Shown: positions 49,107 through 57,904 of the stretch, piece by piece
How positions within the stretch are numbered: the stretch's first letter is position 1
How the letters are laid out: each line of letters begins with the position of its first letter
NCBI GenBank assembly: GCA_026005055.1
Contig: BPKI01000001.1
Span: 918,392-982,391 of the forward strand
Origin: Lysobacterales bacterium
Lineage (GTDB): Bacteria > Pseudomonadota > Gammaproteobacteria > Xanthomonadales > BPKI01
Reading direction: 5' to 3'
Length of the DNA: 64,000 nt
The notes under the pieces: model-generated
The model's database searches: none
Seen by the model: the letters and a program-made list of their open reading frames with translations, nothing else
What the model was told of the DNA's origin: nothing
Position numbers and translations under genes: made by a program

Positions 49107-50406
49107 GATTTTCGACGCCCTCGGAACGAACGACCACGTCGTCTTCGACGCGGATGCCCCCGAAGGGCGATAGGCGCTCGACCATCTGCCAGTCCACCAG
49201 GCGTCCCTCCGGCCGGGTGCGAAGCGGCTCGAGCAAGGCCGGGATGAAATAAAGACCCGGCTCGATCGTGAGCACCATGCCCGGCTCGAGCACCCGCGTC
49301 AGTCGCAGGAATGGGTGCTCCGGCGGTCGTTCGGTGGGCGTGCCGGCGGCATCGCGTTGATGGCCGGCGACGTCGTGGACCTGCAAGCCAAGCAGATGGC
49401 CGAGGCCGTGCGGGAAGAAAACGCGCGTGATGCCTTGCTCGGTCAGCGCTTCGCTGCTCGCCCCCCGCGCCAGACCGCAATCGAGCATGAGTTCGGCAAT
49501 GGCGCGGTGGGCGCGCTCGTGCAGCTCCACGAAGGACGTGCCCGGCTGCGCGGCTGCCGCGAGACGGCGTTCGATGGCGTCCATCGCTGCGATCAAATCG
49601 GCGAAGAGCGTCTCGCCTGCGGCGGCGTGGGTGCGCGTGATATCGGCGGCATAAGCGAAACAGGTGGCGCCGGCATCGACGAGCAGACTCCGCGGCGGTC
49701 TGGGAGGCGTAGGATCTCGGTGCTGGTAATGCAGCACGGCCGCGTGTTCGCCGAGGGCGACGATGCTGTGGTAGGGAGGGTCCTGCTCGGACTGGGCGCT
49801 GGCCCGGAGGAAAGCCAGGGTGATCAGAAGTTCGCTCTCCCCCGCTGCGAAGGCGCTTTGCGCGGCGAGATGTCCGCGCGCTGCGCGCAGGCTGGCCTCG
49901 CGCATGCATGCGACCTCGTATTCGCTCTTGAAGGACCGCTGAAAGTCGAGCGCGGCGAGGATCGCGGGCGGGTTGTCGGGAACGAGATGTCCGAGCGCCC
50001 ACTCCGGCTCCCCGATCACGGCCATGCGCGCGCCGCTCGGGGGGAGGAGGGCGAGCGCGTCCTCGGGACGGCGCACCACGTGGATGTCGAAATGTTCCGT
50101 CCAGAACCCCGCTGGGTCGCTGGGAGGAACGTGCCAGAAATCGATCGGCTGGTGGTAGATCAGGCGTGGCCGTCGTCCGATGCTCAGGACGAGCCAGCTA
50201 TCGCTGAGCTCGGGCAGCGGTAGCCAAGCGAGGAAATGCGGATTGGCTCGGAAGGGAAAGCCCTGATCGTCGAGGAAGCGAAGACGCTGCCGTCCGGAGG
50301 GGATCACGAGGTGATCGAGCCGATGAGCGTCGAGCACGGCATCGCATTCGCTCTGGCGACGGGCGATGTGCGCGCCGTAGAGGAGGGCAGGATCCTGGTG
50401 GTTCAT
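49066..50406 (-). CDS. pepQ: Xaa-Pro dipeptidase (prolidase)
   Basis: FRANPHFLAWLP, AVLHY, YAADITRT, PHGLGHLLGLQVHD, FGGIRVEDD. Confidence 0.95.
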   Translation of the reverse strand: MNHQDPALLYGAHIARRQSECDAVLDAHRLDHLVIPSGRQRLRFLDDQGFPFRANPHFLAWLPLPELSDSWLVLSIGRRPRLIYHQPIDFWHVPPSDPAGFWTEHFDIHVVRRPEDALALLPPSGARMAVIGEPEWALGHLVPDNPPAILAALDFQRSFKSEYEVACMREASLRAARGHLAAQSAFAAGESELLITLAFLRASAQSEQDPPYHSIVALGEHAAVLHYQHRDPTPPRPPRSLLVDAGATCFAYAADITRTHAAAGETLFADLIAAMDAIERRLAAAAQPGTSFVELHERAHRAIAELMLDCGLARGASSEALTEQGITRVFFPHGLGHLLGLQVHDVAGHQRDAAGTPTERPPEHPFLRLTRVLEPGMVLTIEPGLYFIPALLEPLRTRPEGRLVDWQMVERLSPFGGIRVEDDVVVRSEGVENLTRDAFARLGASH

Positions 50407-51482
50407 GGCGTATCGCGCCGACAGTCGCGACCTGCATCGTACAACGTGACGGCCTCGATTCCTTTGGGACGGTCGAGCCGGGCGTTCAGCGCGGTGGTGA
50501 TCCAAAGCCCCAGTCCGGACTCGAAGTAGAGCGCGCAGCCCAGATCGAGCTCGCGAACGAGGTGGGGGAACTCCTCCGCACCGCCGATCAGCAGGGCGGT
50601 GGCGGCGCCATCGGCGAGGACCGGATCCTCGTGGAGGACGGCGGCGGTGGCGAGAGCCGAAAGCGCCCGCCCAGAGCGGGGGTCGAAGACGTGCGAGCGC
50701 CGCTTCCCGCCATCCTCGCGGTAGCGCGCATAGGTTCCTGCCGCGAACAATCCCTCCCGATCGTGAAGATCGAGCAGTCCCAAGATGCCGCCTTCGGGGT
50801 CGCGCAGCGCGACCCGCCAGGGTCGCCCCTCGGGATGCCGTCCCAGGGCGACTGCTTCCCCGCCGAGCACGAGCAGGCCGTGCCGAATCCCATGCCGGCG
50901 GAGCAGACGCGCACCCTCGGCCAGCGCCAGCCCCTCCGCGATCGCCGAGGGATCGAGCCGCAGGCGGGGATGGAGGCTGCGGAGGCGATCGCCGGACCTT
51001 TGGAGGTGGACCATCCTCGGGGGGTCGCTGAGCAGAGCGGCGAGTTCGGAATCCGCTCGAGGGTCGGCGGCGAGCGCTTCCCCCTCCGCCCGGAAGCGGG
51101 CGAAGAGCTCGCCCAGTGCGGGTGCGACCCGCGCGCCCGTAAGCCGCTCGATCCGCCGCGCTTGGTCCACGAGGAGGAGCAGCGAGGGCGGGAGCGGGTC
51201 CGACCATCCGCCCGAGGCGAGGGCATGGTTGAGGCGGGTGAGGGCGCCATCCTCCCAGGGATGCCAATCGCGGTGGAACGCGTTCCACAGCGCCGCGAGC
51301 TCGCTGAGCGCGCGCCGCGCGCGGGATTCCTCACCTTCAGGGACGATCTGCACCACGGCCTCGCTGCCGAAGAGGTGCCAACGGGCGGAGAGCAGCCGAT
51401 CGCCGCCGCAGCCGGAGACGCACAGGCCGAGCGCGCAGGCGAGCAGCGTGGCGAGGAGGGAAGTTCGAGCCTCAGCCTCCAC
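50403..51482 (-). CDS. apbE: ApbE-family FAD:protein FMN transferase (motif-divergent)
   Basis: Lipobox-like VSGC, LGGE, PWRVALRDP, SHVFDPRSG, ADGAATAL. Confidence 0.85.
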   Translation of the reverse strand: MEAEARTSLLATLLACALGLCVSGCGGDRLLSARWHLFGSEAVVQIVPEGEESRARRALSELAALWNAFHRDWHPWEDGALTRLNHALASGGWSDPLPPSLLLLVDQARRIERLTGARVAPALGELFARFRAEGEALAADPRADSELAALLSDPPRMVHLQRSGDRLRSLHPRLRLDPSAIAEGLALAEGARLLRRHGIRHGLLVLGGEAVALGRHPEGRPWRVALRDPEGGILGLLDLHDREGLFAAGTYARYREDGGKRRSHVFDPRSGRALSALATAAVLHEDPVLADGAATALLIGGAEEFPHLVRELDLGCALYFESGLGLWITTALNARLDRPKGIEAVTLYDAGRDCRRDTP

Positions 51483-51825
51483 CGAGATGGCCGTGCTGGA
51501 CCCAGTGCGCGATCCGGCGTTCGTCTTCAGGCGCGATGTCGATGATGCGAAAACCGATCAGTGTCGCGCCTCCCTGCAGGCTGGCCGACCACAGCTCGTG
51601 AACGCCGACTTCGATCGGACGCGATCGGCCAGCGGCATCGCGCAGCTCGAAGCGGAACTGGTAGAGCGCGTCCTCCCTGAGCGGGCGGTCAGCGATCAGC
51701 ATCATGCCACCGACCGAGAGATCGCCGAGTCGTCCCACGCGGCGCTCTCGAAGGACGTCGGTGACGAACACCTCCTCATCCGCCCGGCGTCGTGGATGGC
51801 GCCGCTGCTCGACACCCGGGGGCAT
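51472..51825 (-). CDS. Single-domain PilZ protein
   Basis: RRHPR (RxxxR) and DLSVGG (DxSxxG); start overlaps DUF1631 stop. Confidence 0.9.
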   Translation of the reverse strand: MPPGVEQRRHPRRRADEEVFVTDVLRERRVGRLGDLSVGGMMLIADRPLREDALYQFRFELRDAAGRSRPIEVGVHELWSASLQGGATLIGFRIIDIAPEDERRIAHWVQHGHLGGG

Positions 51826-54227
51826 CAGCTTGCCTCGCTCGGTTGGGCCTTCGCGCGCCCGCCGACGAAACTGCGCAAAGCGTCCAGGACTTGGCGCCAA
51901 GCGCGGTCGATCATAGTCTCCGACTGCCCCTCGAGGATGCGGGCATTGCCGCGGACGAGTTCGCGGGCGAGGGAGACGAGCGAACGCTCATCGACCTTTT
52001 GGCCGCGCTGATTGACGAAGAGACAACGCCCGGTCAACGGGCTGAACCAAGACAGGCGGCGACGAACGCGATCGCCCTGCTGGTTGACGACGAATTCCAC
52101 CCAGGTACCGAAAGGCAAGCGTTGGATCCTTTCGATCATCGCCTGCTCCTCCGCGTTGGGGGGGCGCTCCTCCCGTTTGGGACTCAAGCCATCTCCACCC
52201 ATCCGTCCGTGGTTGGCGAGACGAAGCGACACCTCCGCGCGAGAGACGGAGGTGGCGCCATCCTCGGAGGCTTGCCGAGGGGTGCTGGCAAACAGCGCAC
52301 TCGCGACTCTCTGCGCATCTGCGGGGGTCAGGCCGACCAAGGCCAGCCCCTGCTCGATCTCCCTGCGCAACTCGGAGAGGGCCTCGCCTCCGGCACGGGC
52401 AATTCCTTCGCTCGCGATGAGCGTGTCGGCGATCTCGAGCCGTCGGCGGTAGATCGGCGAATCCTCGCCGTGGCGGAGTTCGGTGAGAGCGAGAACGTCG
52501 GTCCAAGTCTGTTCGAGAACCTGCCTCAGGACCGGTGCGAGCGGTTTGCCTTCCGTACGCGCCGCGATCGCCGCCAGTGCCCTCTCGCGCGCCAGCTCGA
52601 GGCGCTCGCGGCCGCGTGCAGCCTCGACGTGACGCCGCTCGGCGACCTCGGCGCGGCGAGCGATCGTCTGCATGTACCCGCTCAAGTCCTCAAGCATGAG
52701 CTCGAAGATCCGAAGGTCGCCATCGAAGTCGGCGCTGATCCGATCGACCAGATGGTGCATCTTGTCGACCAGCTCGCGGTCCGCTTCCTCGGCGTCGAGC
52801 CAGTACATCCCCGTCTCGAGGATGCTGTTGAGGAGCCTGCGCGCCGGGTGGGAGCGTTCCACGAAAAAGCTGCGGTCCTTGAGCGCGGCGCGTAGAAGAG
52901 GGGCCTGCAGCTTTGCCAGGAGGAGCTGCGACATTCCGCTCGGCTTGAGATCACGCATGATCTGCTCGAACAGCATGCCGACCAAGTCGATGATGTCGGC
53001 ATCCTCCTCGCTGAGCCGCGGAACCAGCCCTTCGGGAACCTGGGCGCGGAGTTGCGCGAGCAGGTCCTGCTTGAGATGCTGGACGTTCGGCGCCTGGATT
53101 CGGCCGCCGGCATAGACCGGTCCGAGAGGCCGTCGCTGGAGCGCGCGCAAGGCCTCGTCCACCTCGCTCGCGGACACGCGATGCCCACGGGCGGCGTCCT
53201 GGCGCGAAGCGAAGCGGTCGATGATTTGCCGCCGCGAGGCGAGCAATTCGCGGATTGCGTCGAAAAGCTCGCGGGCGGGCGCCGCACCCTCATCGATCGG
53301 CGCCGGTGCCGGAACTCCGATCCACGAGGGGGTGAACTCGGTCGGATGCGCCCTTCCCCTTGTCGTCCCGGGGCGATCAAGAGAGGGCGGGCTCGCAGAG
53401 GAGCTGCGAGTGGTCGGCGCTTCGCCGACCATCGGCTTCTGCCGGAGGCGCGCGCCCTCGCCGTCATCGCGTAGTGTGCGCGTGCGCGGCTCCTCGGGCT
53501 GGGGCGCGGCAGGACGGGGGCGCACCGGGGCGAAGCTCAAGTTCGGCAGGATGCGTTCGCCGACCAGGAAGGCATTGAGGGTCTCGTAAAGCGTCGGTGC
53601 CAGTGTGAGGAGCTGCCGCTCGAACTGCCGGAGGAGCAGGACGCGATGCTCGGAGGGCATCTCGATGTCGGCGACGGTCTCCAGGAACAGGCGAGAGAGC
53701 ATTCGCGGGCCGACCGGCAGGCGATCGGCCTCGAAAGCCGGTGCGCCGGCGAGAACGCCGAAGCGCTGTCCGAGCAGGTAAAGCGGCACGCTGGCGCGCA
53801 CTTCGGCCCGTCCACCGGTTTCGGCGATGGCGGTTGCGATCTCGATCTCGGACTCCGAGACGAGCGTCAGTTCCCCGCGGCGAGAGAGGCTCGCTTCGGC
53901 TTCCGGCCGAGAGGGGCCGAATGCGAAGAGAACCTTTTGAAGATTGGCGAGGAATCGTGGGAAGAGCTCTGCGCGCCGACTGCGGAATGCACGCAAAGTC
54001 TCGAAGCAGCGTGCCTGAGCGGTCGAGATCGTGGGCTGATCGGCCATCCGAGAGAGCTCGCGCTCGAAGTCCTCGATGCTCTGGGCGATGGCCGGCTCGA
54101 GACGGGCGACCATCCGCTCGAGGATGCCATCGAGCAGCGAGCGCACGCGGGGCGGAAGCTCATGGGCAGACGGCGACGAAGCGCTGCTCGCATCAGGGTT
54201 GCGAGGAAGGTCGGCAGGTGGTTTCAC
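51825..54227 (-). CDS. DUF1631 family protein (about 800 aa)
   Basis: IDLVGMLFEQI, HPARRLLN, GTWVEF, LSWFSPLTGRCLFVNQRG; AGGAGG RBS before GTG 54227. Confidence 0.85.
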   Translation of the reverse strand: MKPPADLPRNPDASSASSPSAHELPPRVRSLLDGILERMVARLEPAIAQSIEDFERELSRMADQPTISTAQARCFETLRAFRSRRAELFPRFLANLQKVLFAFGPSRPEAEASLSRRGELTLVSESEIEIATAIAETGGRAEVRASVPLYLLGQRFGVLAGAPAFEADRLPVGPRMLSRLFLETVADIEMPSEHRVLLLRQFERQLLTLAPTLYETLNAFLVGERILPNLSFAPVRPRPAAPQPEEPRTRTLRDDGEGARLRQKPMVGEAPTTRSSSASPPSLDRPGTTRGRAHPTEFTPSWIGVPAPAPIDEGAAPARELFDAIRELLASRRQIIDRFASRQDAARGHRVSASEVDEALRALQRRPLGPVYAGGRIQAPNVQHLKQDLLAQLRAQVPEGLVPRLSEEDADIIDLVGMLFEQIMRDLKPSGMSQLLLAKLQAPLLRAALKDRSFFVERSHPARRLLNSILETGMYWLDAEEADRELVDKMHHLVDRISADFDGDLRIFELMLEDLSGYMQTIARRAEVAERRHVEAARGRERLELARERALAAIAARTEGKPLAPVLRQVLEQTWTDVLALTELRHGEDSPIYRRRLEIADTLIASEGIARAGGEALSELRREIEQGLALVGLTPADAQRVASALFASTPRQASEDGATSVSRAEVSLRLANHGRMGGDGLSPKREERPPNAEEQAMIERIQRLPFGTWVEFVVNQQGDRVRRRLSWFSPLTGRCLFVNQRGQKVDERSLVSLARELVRGNARILEGQSETMIDRAWRQVLDALRSFVGGRAKAQPSEAS

Positions 54228-54426
54228 GAGCGCGTCCCCCTCCTGGGCGCAAAGCCGCATTTTAGCGAGAAGAGCCCGCGAGAAAACGACGCTCGGCCGC
54301 TGGCGCGGCCGTGCAAACGGCTCCGGCACCCCGAGTTCCCCAAGGAAAGGCAACTCCGAGGGTGCCGCCGTCCTCCTCCGGCCGGTGAAGGACTCCGGGT
54401 GGGCCGGCGCCATACTCCGAATTTCC

Positions 54427-54488
54427 TTGACAGGGGGGCGTCTCGGTTCTAAGGTGGTCGGCGGTGGGAAATCGTGGGTTTCTGTGGG
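54427..54488 (+). promoter_or_regulatory. dcw promoter with MraZ operator repeats
   Basis: TTGACA (54427-54432), 17 bp, TAAGGT (54450-54455); GTGG at 54454, 54464, 54474, 54484. Confidence 0.88.
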
Positions 54489-54498
54489 TAGCCCGGCC

Positions 54499-54945
54499 AT
54501 GTTCCAGGGCGAGACGATCGTCAGCATCGACGAGAAGGGCCGCATGGCCATTCCGGCGATGTATCGCGATGCGATCAGCTCGCTCTGTCGGAACCGCCTG
54601 GTGATCGCCTACAACCCCTTCGATGCCGGCTGCCTGTGGATCTTCCCGCACGGTGAATGGGAGCGGGTACGGGATCAGGTCAACGGGCTTTCAAGCTTCC
54701 AGGCCGGACACCGACTCCTGAAACGCAAGCTCGTCGGGGCGGCCTTCGAGGTCGAACCCGACGCGCAGTGGCGGATCCTGCTACCCGCGAGCGCTCGTCA
54801 GACCTGCGGTATCGAACGCCGCGCCGTGCTCATCGGTCTCGGAGCGAAGTTCGAGCTCTGGAGCGAGGCGGCGCATCGCGAGCAGATCGGGGCGCCCATC
54901 CCCGCGCCGCTGGTCACCGAGGAGATGCTGAGCCTTCGCTTCTGA
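54499..54945 (+). CDS. mraZ: Transcriptional repressor MraZ
   Basis: MFQGETIVSIDEKGRMAIP, KFELWSE. Confidence 0.96.
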   Translation: MFQGETIVSIDEKGRMAIPAMYRDAISSLCRNRLVIAYNPFDAGCLWIFPHGEWERVRDQVNGLSSFQAGHRLLKRKLVGAAFEVEPDAQWRILLPASARQTCGIERRAVLIGLGAKFELWSEAAHREQIGAPIPAPLVTEEMLSLRF

Positions 54946-54954
54946 GCGACGCCG

Positions 54955-55881
54955 ATGCTGGCCATCCCTCACCGACCGGTGCTCTTGCATCAAGCCTTGG
55001 AAGGGCTATCGCTGCGCCCTGACGGCGTTTATCTCGACGCCACTTTCGGGCGCGGAGGGCATGCCCGCGCGATCCTGGCCAGGCTCGGTCCCAGCGGGCG
55101 CCTGTTGCTCAACGATCGCGATCCGGAGGCGGTGGCGGCGGCGCGGGCGGAGTTCGGGGAGGATCCGCGGGTCTCGATCCGTCATGGGAATTTCGCGAGC
55201 ATTGCCGAATGGCCCGCCCTCGCGGAGGGACTGGACGGGGCCCTCTTCGATCTGGGCGTGTCCTCCCCGCAGCTCGAGGACCCCGGGCGCGGCTTCAGCT
55301 TCCTGCTCGATGGCCCGCTCGATATGCGTATGGATCCTCATCAGGGGGAGACCGCGGCCGATTTCCTCGCCCGTGCCAGCGAAGCCGAGATCGCGCGCGT
55401 GTTGCGGGATTATGGGGAGGAGCCCAGGGCGCGACGGATCGCTCGCGCGATCATCGCCGCACGCCAGCAGGCGCCCATTCTTCGCACACGGCAGCTCGCG
55501 GAGCTGATCGAGCGTCTGGGCGGGCCGCGAACCGCCGGCCGACATCCGGCGACGCGGAGCTTCCAAGCGCTCAGGATCCAGGTCAACGGGGAGCTCGAAG
55601 CGCTCTCTCAGGCGCTGAACGCCGTGATCGACCGTCTCCGTCCGGGTGGTCGCCTCGTCACCATCGCCTTTCATTCACTCGAGGACCGCATCTGCAAGCG
55701 AGCGATCGGAGGCACGAGACCGAGGCCGAACACGGTGCCGGGCCGCCGACTGCCCCCGGCTCCGACGCCGGAGCCGATGCTCCGTCCGGTGGGGCGCCCG
55801 CAGCGGCCCGATGCGGAGGAGATCGAACGCAATCCGCGCGCGCGCAGCGCGGTGATGCGCATCGGAGAGCGAATCCGGTGA
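54955..55881 (+). CDS. rsmH: 16S rRNA C1402 N4-methyltransferase
   Basis: HRPVLL, DATFGRGGH, DLGVSSPQL, FHSLEDR, NPRARSA. Confidence 0.97.
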   Translation: MLAIPHRPVLLHQALEGLSLRPDGVYLDATFGRGGHARAILARLGPSGRLLLNDRDPEAVAAARAEFGEDPRVSIRHGNFASIAEWPALAEGLDGALFDLGVSSPQLEDPGRGFSFLLDGPLDMRMDPHQGETAADFLARASEAEIARVLRDYGEEPRARRIARAIIAARQQAPILRTRQLAELIERLGGPRTAGRHPATRSFQALRIQVNGELEALSQALNAVIDRLRPGGRLVTIAFHSLEDRICKRAIGGTRPRPNTVPGRRLPPAPTPEPMLRPVGRPQRPDAEEIERNPRARSAVMRIGERIR

Positions 55882-56153
55882 AGGAGAGACTTGCCTGGGC
55901 CTTGTTCGCGGCGCTGCTGTTCGCCACCGCAGCGAGTGCGGTCACGGTCGCGTGGGCGCGGCATCAAACGCGCATCCTGTTCGTCGAGCTGCGTCGGCTC
56001 GAGCGTGAGCGCGATCAACTCGATATCGAGTTCACCAAGCTTCAGCTCGAGCGAGCGACGCTCGCCGACATCGCTCGCGTCGAACGCATCGCCCGCGAGC
56101 GCCTCCGCCTGCGTCCGATCGGGCCCGACCGCGTGGAGGTGATCGCGCCGTGA
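55878..56153 (+). CDS. ftsL: Cell division protein FtsL
   Basis: TM then leucine-zipper, RVERIARERL; between rsmH and ftsI. Confidence 0.9.
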   Translation: MKERLAWALFAALLFATAASAVTVAWARHQTRILFVELRRLERERDQLDIEFTKLQLERATLADIARVERIARERLRLRPIGPDRVEVIAP

Positions 56154-57904
56154 ACGGGGGCGTTCGGGTGCGTGGCTATCGCATCGTGGCGCGAGCCTAC
56201 CTCGTGCTGATGGTGCTCGCCTTCGCCGCGAGCGCGCTGATGGTCCGCGCCATCGACGTTCAGGTGCTGCGCAGCGATTTCTATCAGAGCCAAGGCGATG
56301 CCCGTCATCTTCGCGAGATCGCGATTCCCATCTCGCGCGGTGCCATCCTGGATCGCAATGGCGAGCCGCTGGCGATGTCGAGCCCTGTGGATTCGCTGTG
56401 GGTCAATCCCCGCGCGCTCATCGCCGATCCGACCGCGGTCGCCCGCCTCGCGGAGGCGATCGGCGCGCCGCTGACCGATCTGGACGAGCAGATCAGGTCG
56501 CGTGCGGACCGCGAGTTCCTGTGGATCAGGCGCCACCTTCCGCCGCACGAAGCCGAGGCGATCCTGGAACGCAAGATTCCTGGTGTGCATGTCCAGCGCG
56601 AGTTTCGCCGCTTCTACCCCGGCGGCGAGGCCTTCGCCCATGTGATCGGATCCACCGACATCGACGGTGTGGGGCGGGAGGGGCTGGAGCTGGTCTATGA
56701 CGCATGGCTGAGCGGCAAACCAGGCTCGCAGCGCGTGCTGCGCGACCGCCTCGGTCGGGTGATCGAGGTCGTCGAGCGGGTGAGGGCGCCCGAGCCGGGC
56801 CGCGACCTCGTGCTCAGCCTCGACCGCCGCCTCCAATACCTCGCCTATCGTGAGCTCAAGCGTGCCCTCCTCGAACATGGCGCGGCCTCCGGTTCCATCG
56901 TGGTGCTCGACGTCGGCAACGGCGAGGTGTTGGCGATGGTCAATCTGCCGAGCTACAACCCCAATAGCCGCCAGGCGGTGGATGCCGCCTTTCGTCGCAA
57001 CCGCGCCGTCACCGACGTCTTCGAGCCGGGCTCGGTGATCAAACCCTTCACCGTCCTCGCCGGACTCGAGAGCGGACGCTTCCAGCCGGACAGCGTCATC
57101 GACACCAGTCCGGGTCGCCTGCCGATCGCACGTCACGTGGTGCGCGACATCCGCAATTTCGGCAGGCTGGATCTCCCCGGACTCCTCGCCAAGTCGAGCA
57201 ACGTCGGGGCGGTGAAGATCGCACAAGCGGTGCCCGACGAGGACTTCCATCATCTCCTTCGGCGTTTCGGCTTCGGACAGGCGACGGGCTCCGGCTTTCC
57301 GGGCGAGTCCGGGGGAATCCTCAATCCGCCGCGGCAGTGGCATGGGCTCGAGAAGGCGACGCTCTCCTATGGCTACGGGCTCTCGGCCACCGCCTTGCAG
57401 CTCGCGCAAGCCTACGCCGCGCTCGGTAATGAGGGGCGTCTGCGCGCGCCGACCTTCCTGCGCGGCGAGCACAACCCCGAGGTCAGCGTGATCGATCCCG
57501 CACTCGCGCGGCGGATGGTGGAGATGCTCGAAGGCGTCACTCGGCCCGGGGGAACCGCCCAGCTCGCAGGCATTCCGGGCTATCGGGTCGCGGGCAAGAC
57601 CGGTACCTCGCGGCGCGCGGTGCCCGGCGGCTACGACTCGCGCTACATCAGCGTGTTCGCCGGCCTGGTTCCCGCATCGCGCCCGAGGTTGGCGGGGGTG
57701 ATCGTCATCCACGATCCGCGCGGGGCCCACTACTACGCCGGGCTCGTCGCGGCTCCCGTCTTCGGCCGAGTGATGACGGAGGCGGTCAGGCTCTATGCCA
57801 TCCCACCCGACGATCCCGGTCGTCTCGCGACGATCGCACCGGGCCGTTCGGAGGAATCCTCGCTCGAGAGCGTGGTCGAGGCACCGATCGAGGGTCCGCC
57901 GTGA
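56150..57904 (+). CDS. ftsI: Peptidoglycan transpeptidase FtsI (PBP3)
   Basis: RGAILDRNG, FEPGSVIKP (SxxK), KSSN, GKTGT. Confidence 0.96.
   Translation: MNGGVRVRGYRIVARAYLVLMVLAFAASALMVRAIDVQVLRSDFYQSQGDARHLREIAIPISRGAILDRNGEPLAMSSPVDSLWVNPRALIADPTAVARLAEAIGAPLTDLDEQIRSRADREFLWIRRHLPPHEAEAILERKIPGVHVQREFRRFYPGGEAFAHVIGSTDIDGVGREGLELVYDAWLSGKPGSQRVLRDRLGRVIEVVERVRAPEPGRDLVLSLDRRLQYLAYRELKRALLEHGAASGSIVVLDVGNGEVLAMVNLPSYNPNSRQAVDAAFRRNRAVTDVFEPGSVIKPFTVLAGLESGRFQPDSVIDTSPGRLPIARHVVRDIRNFGRLDLPGLLAKSSNVGAVKIAQAVPDEDFHHLLRRFGFGQATGSGFPGESGGILNPPRQWHGLEKATLSYGYGLSATALQLAQAYAALGNEGRLRAPTFLRGEHNPEVSVIDPALARRMVEMLEGVTRPGGTAQLAGIPGYRVAGKTGTSRRAVPGGYDSRYISVFAGLVPASRPRLAGVIVIHDPRGAHYYAGLVAAPVFGRVMTEAVRLYAIPPDDPGRLATIAPGRSEESSLESVVEAPIEGPP

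Noticed and set aside
54240-54410. Hairpin 54324-54367 and GCAAA motifs resembling an rnpB remnant or c-di-GMP-I riboswitch
   Set aside because: Lacks RNase P P4 motifs and length; the GGCAAAC/GAAA-tetraloop arm of the riboswitch is missing and orientation does not fit DUF1631
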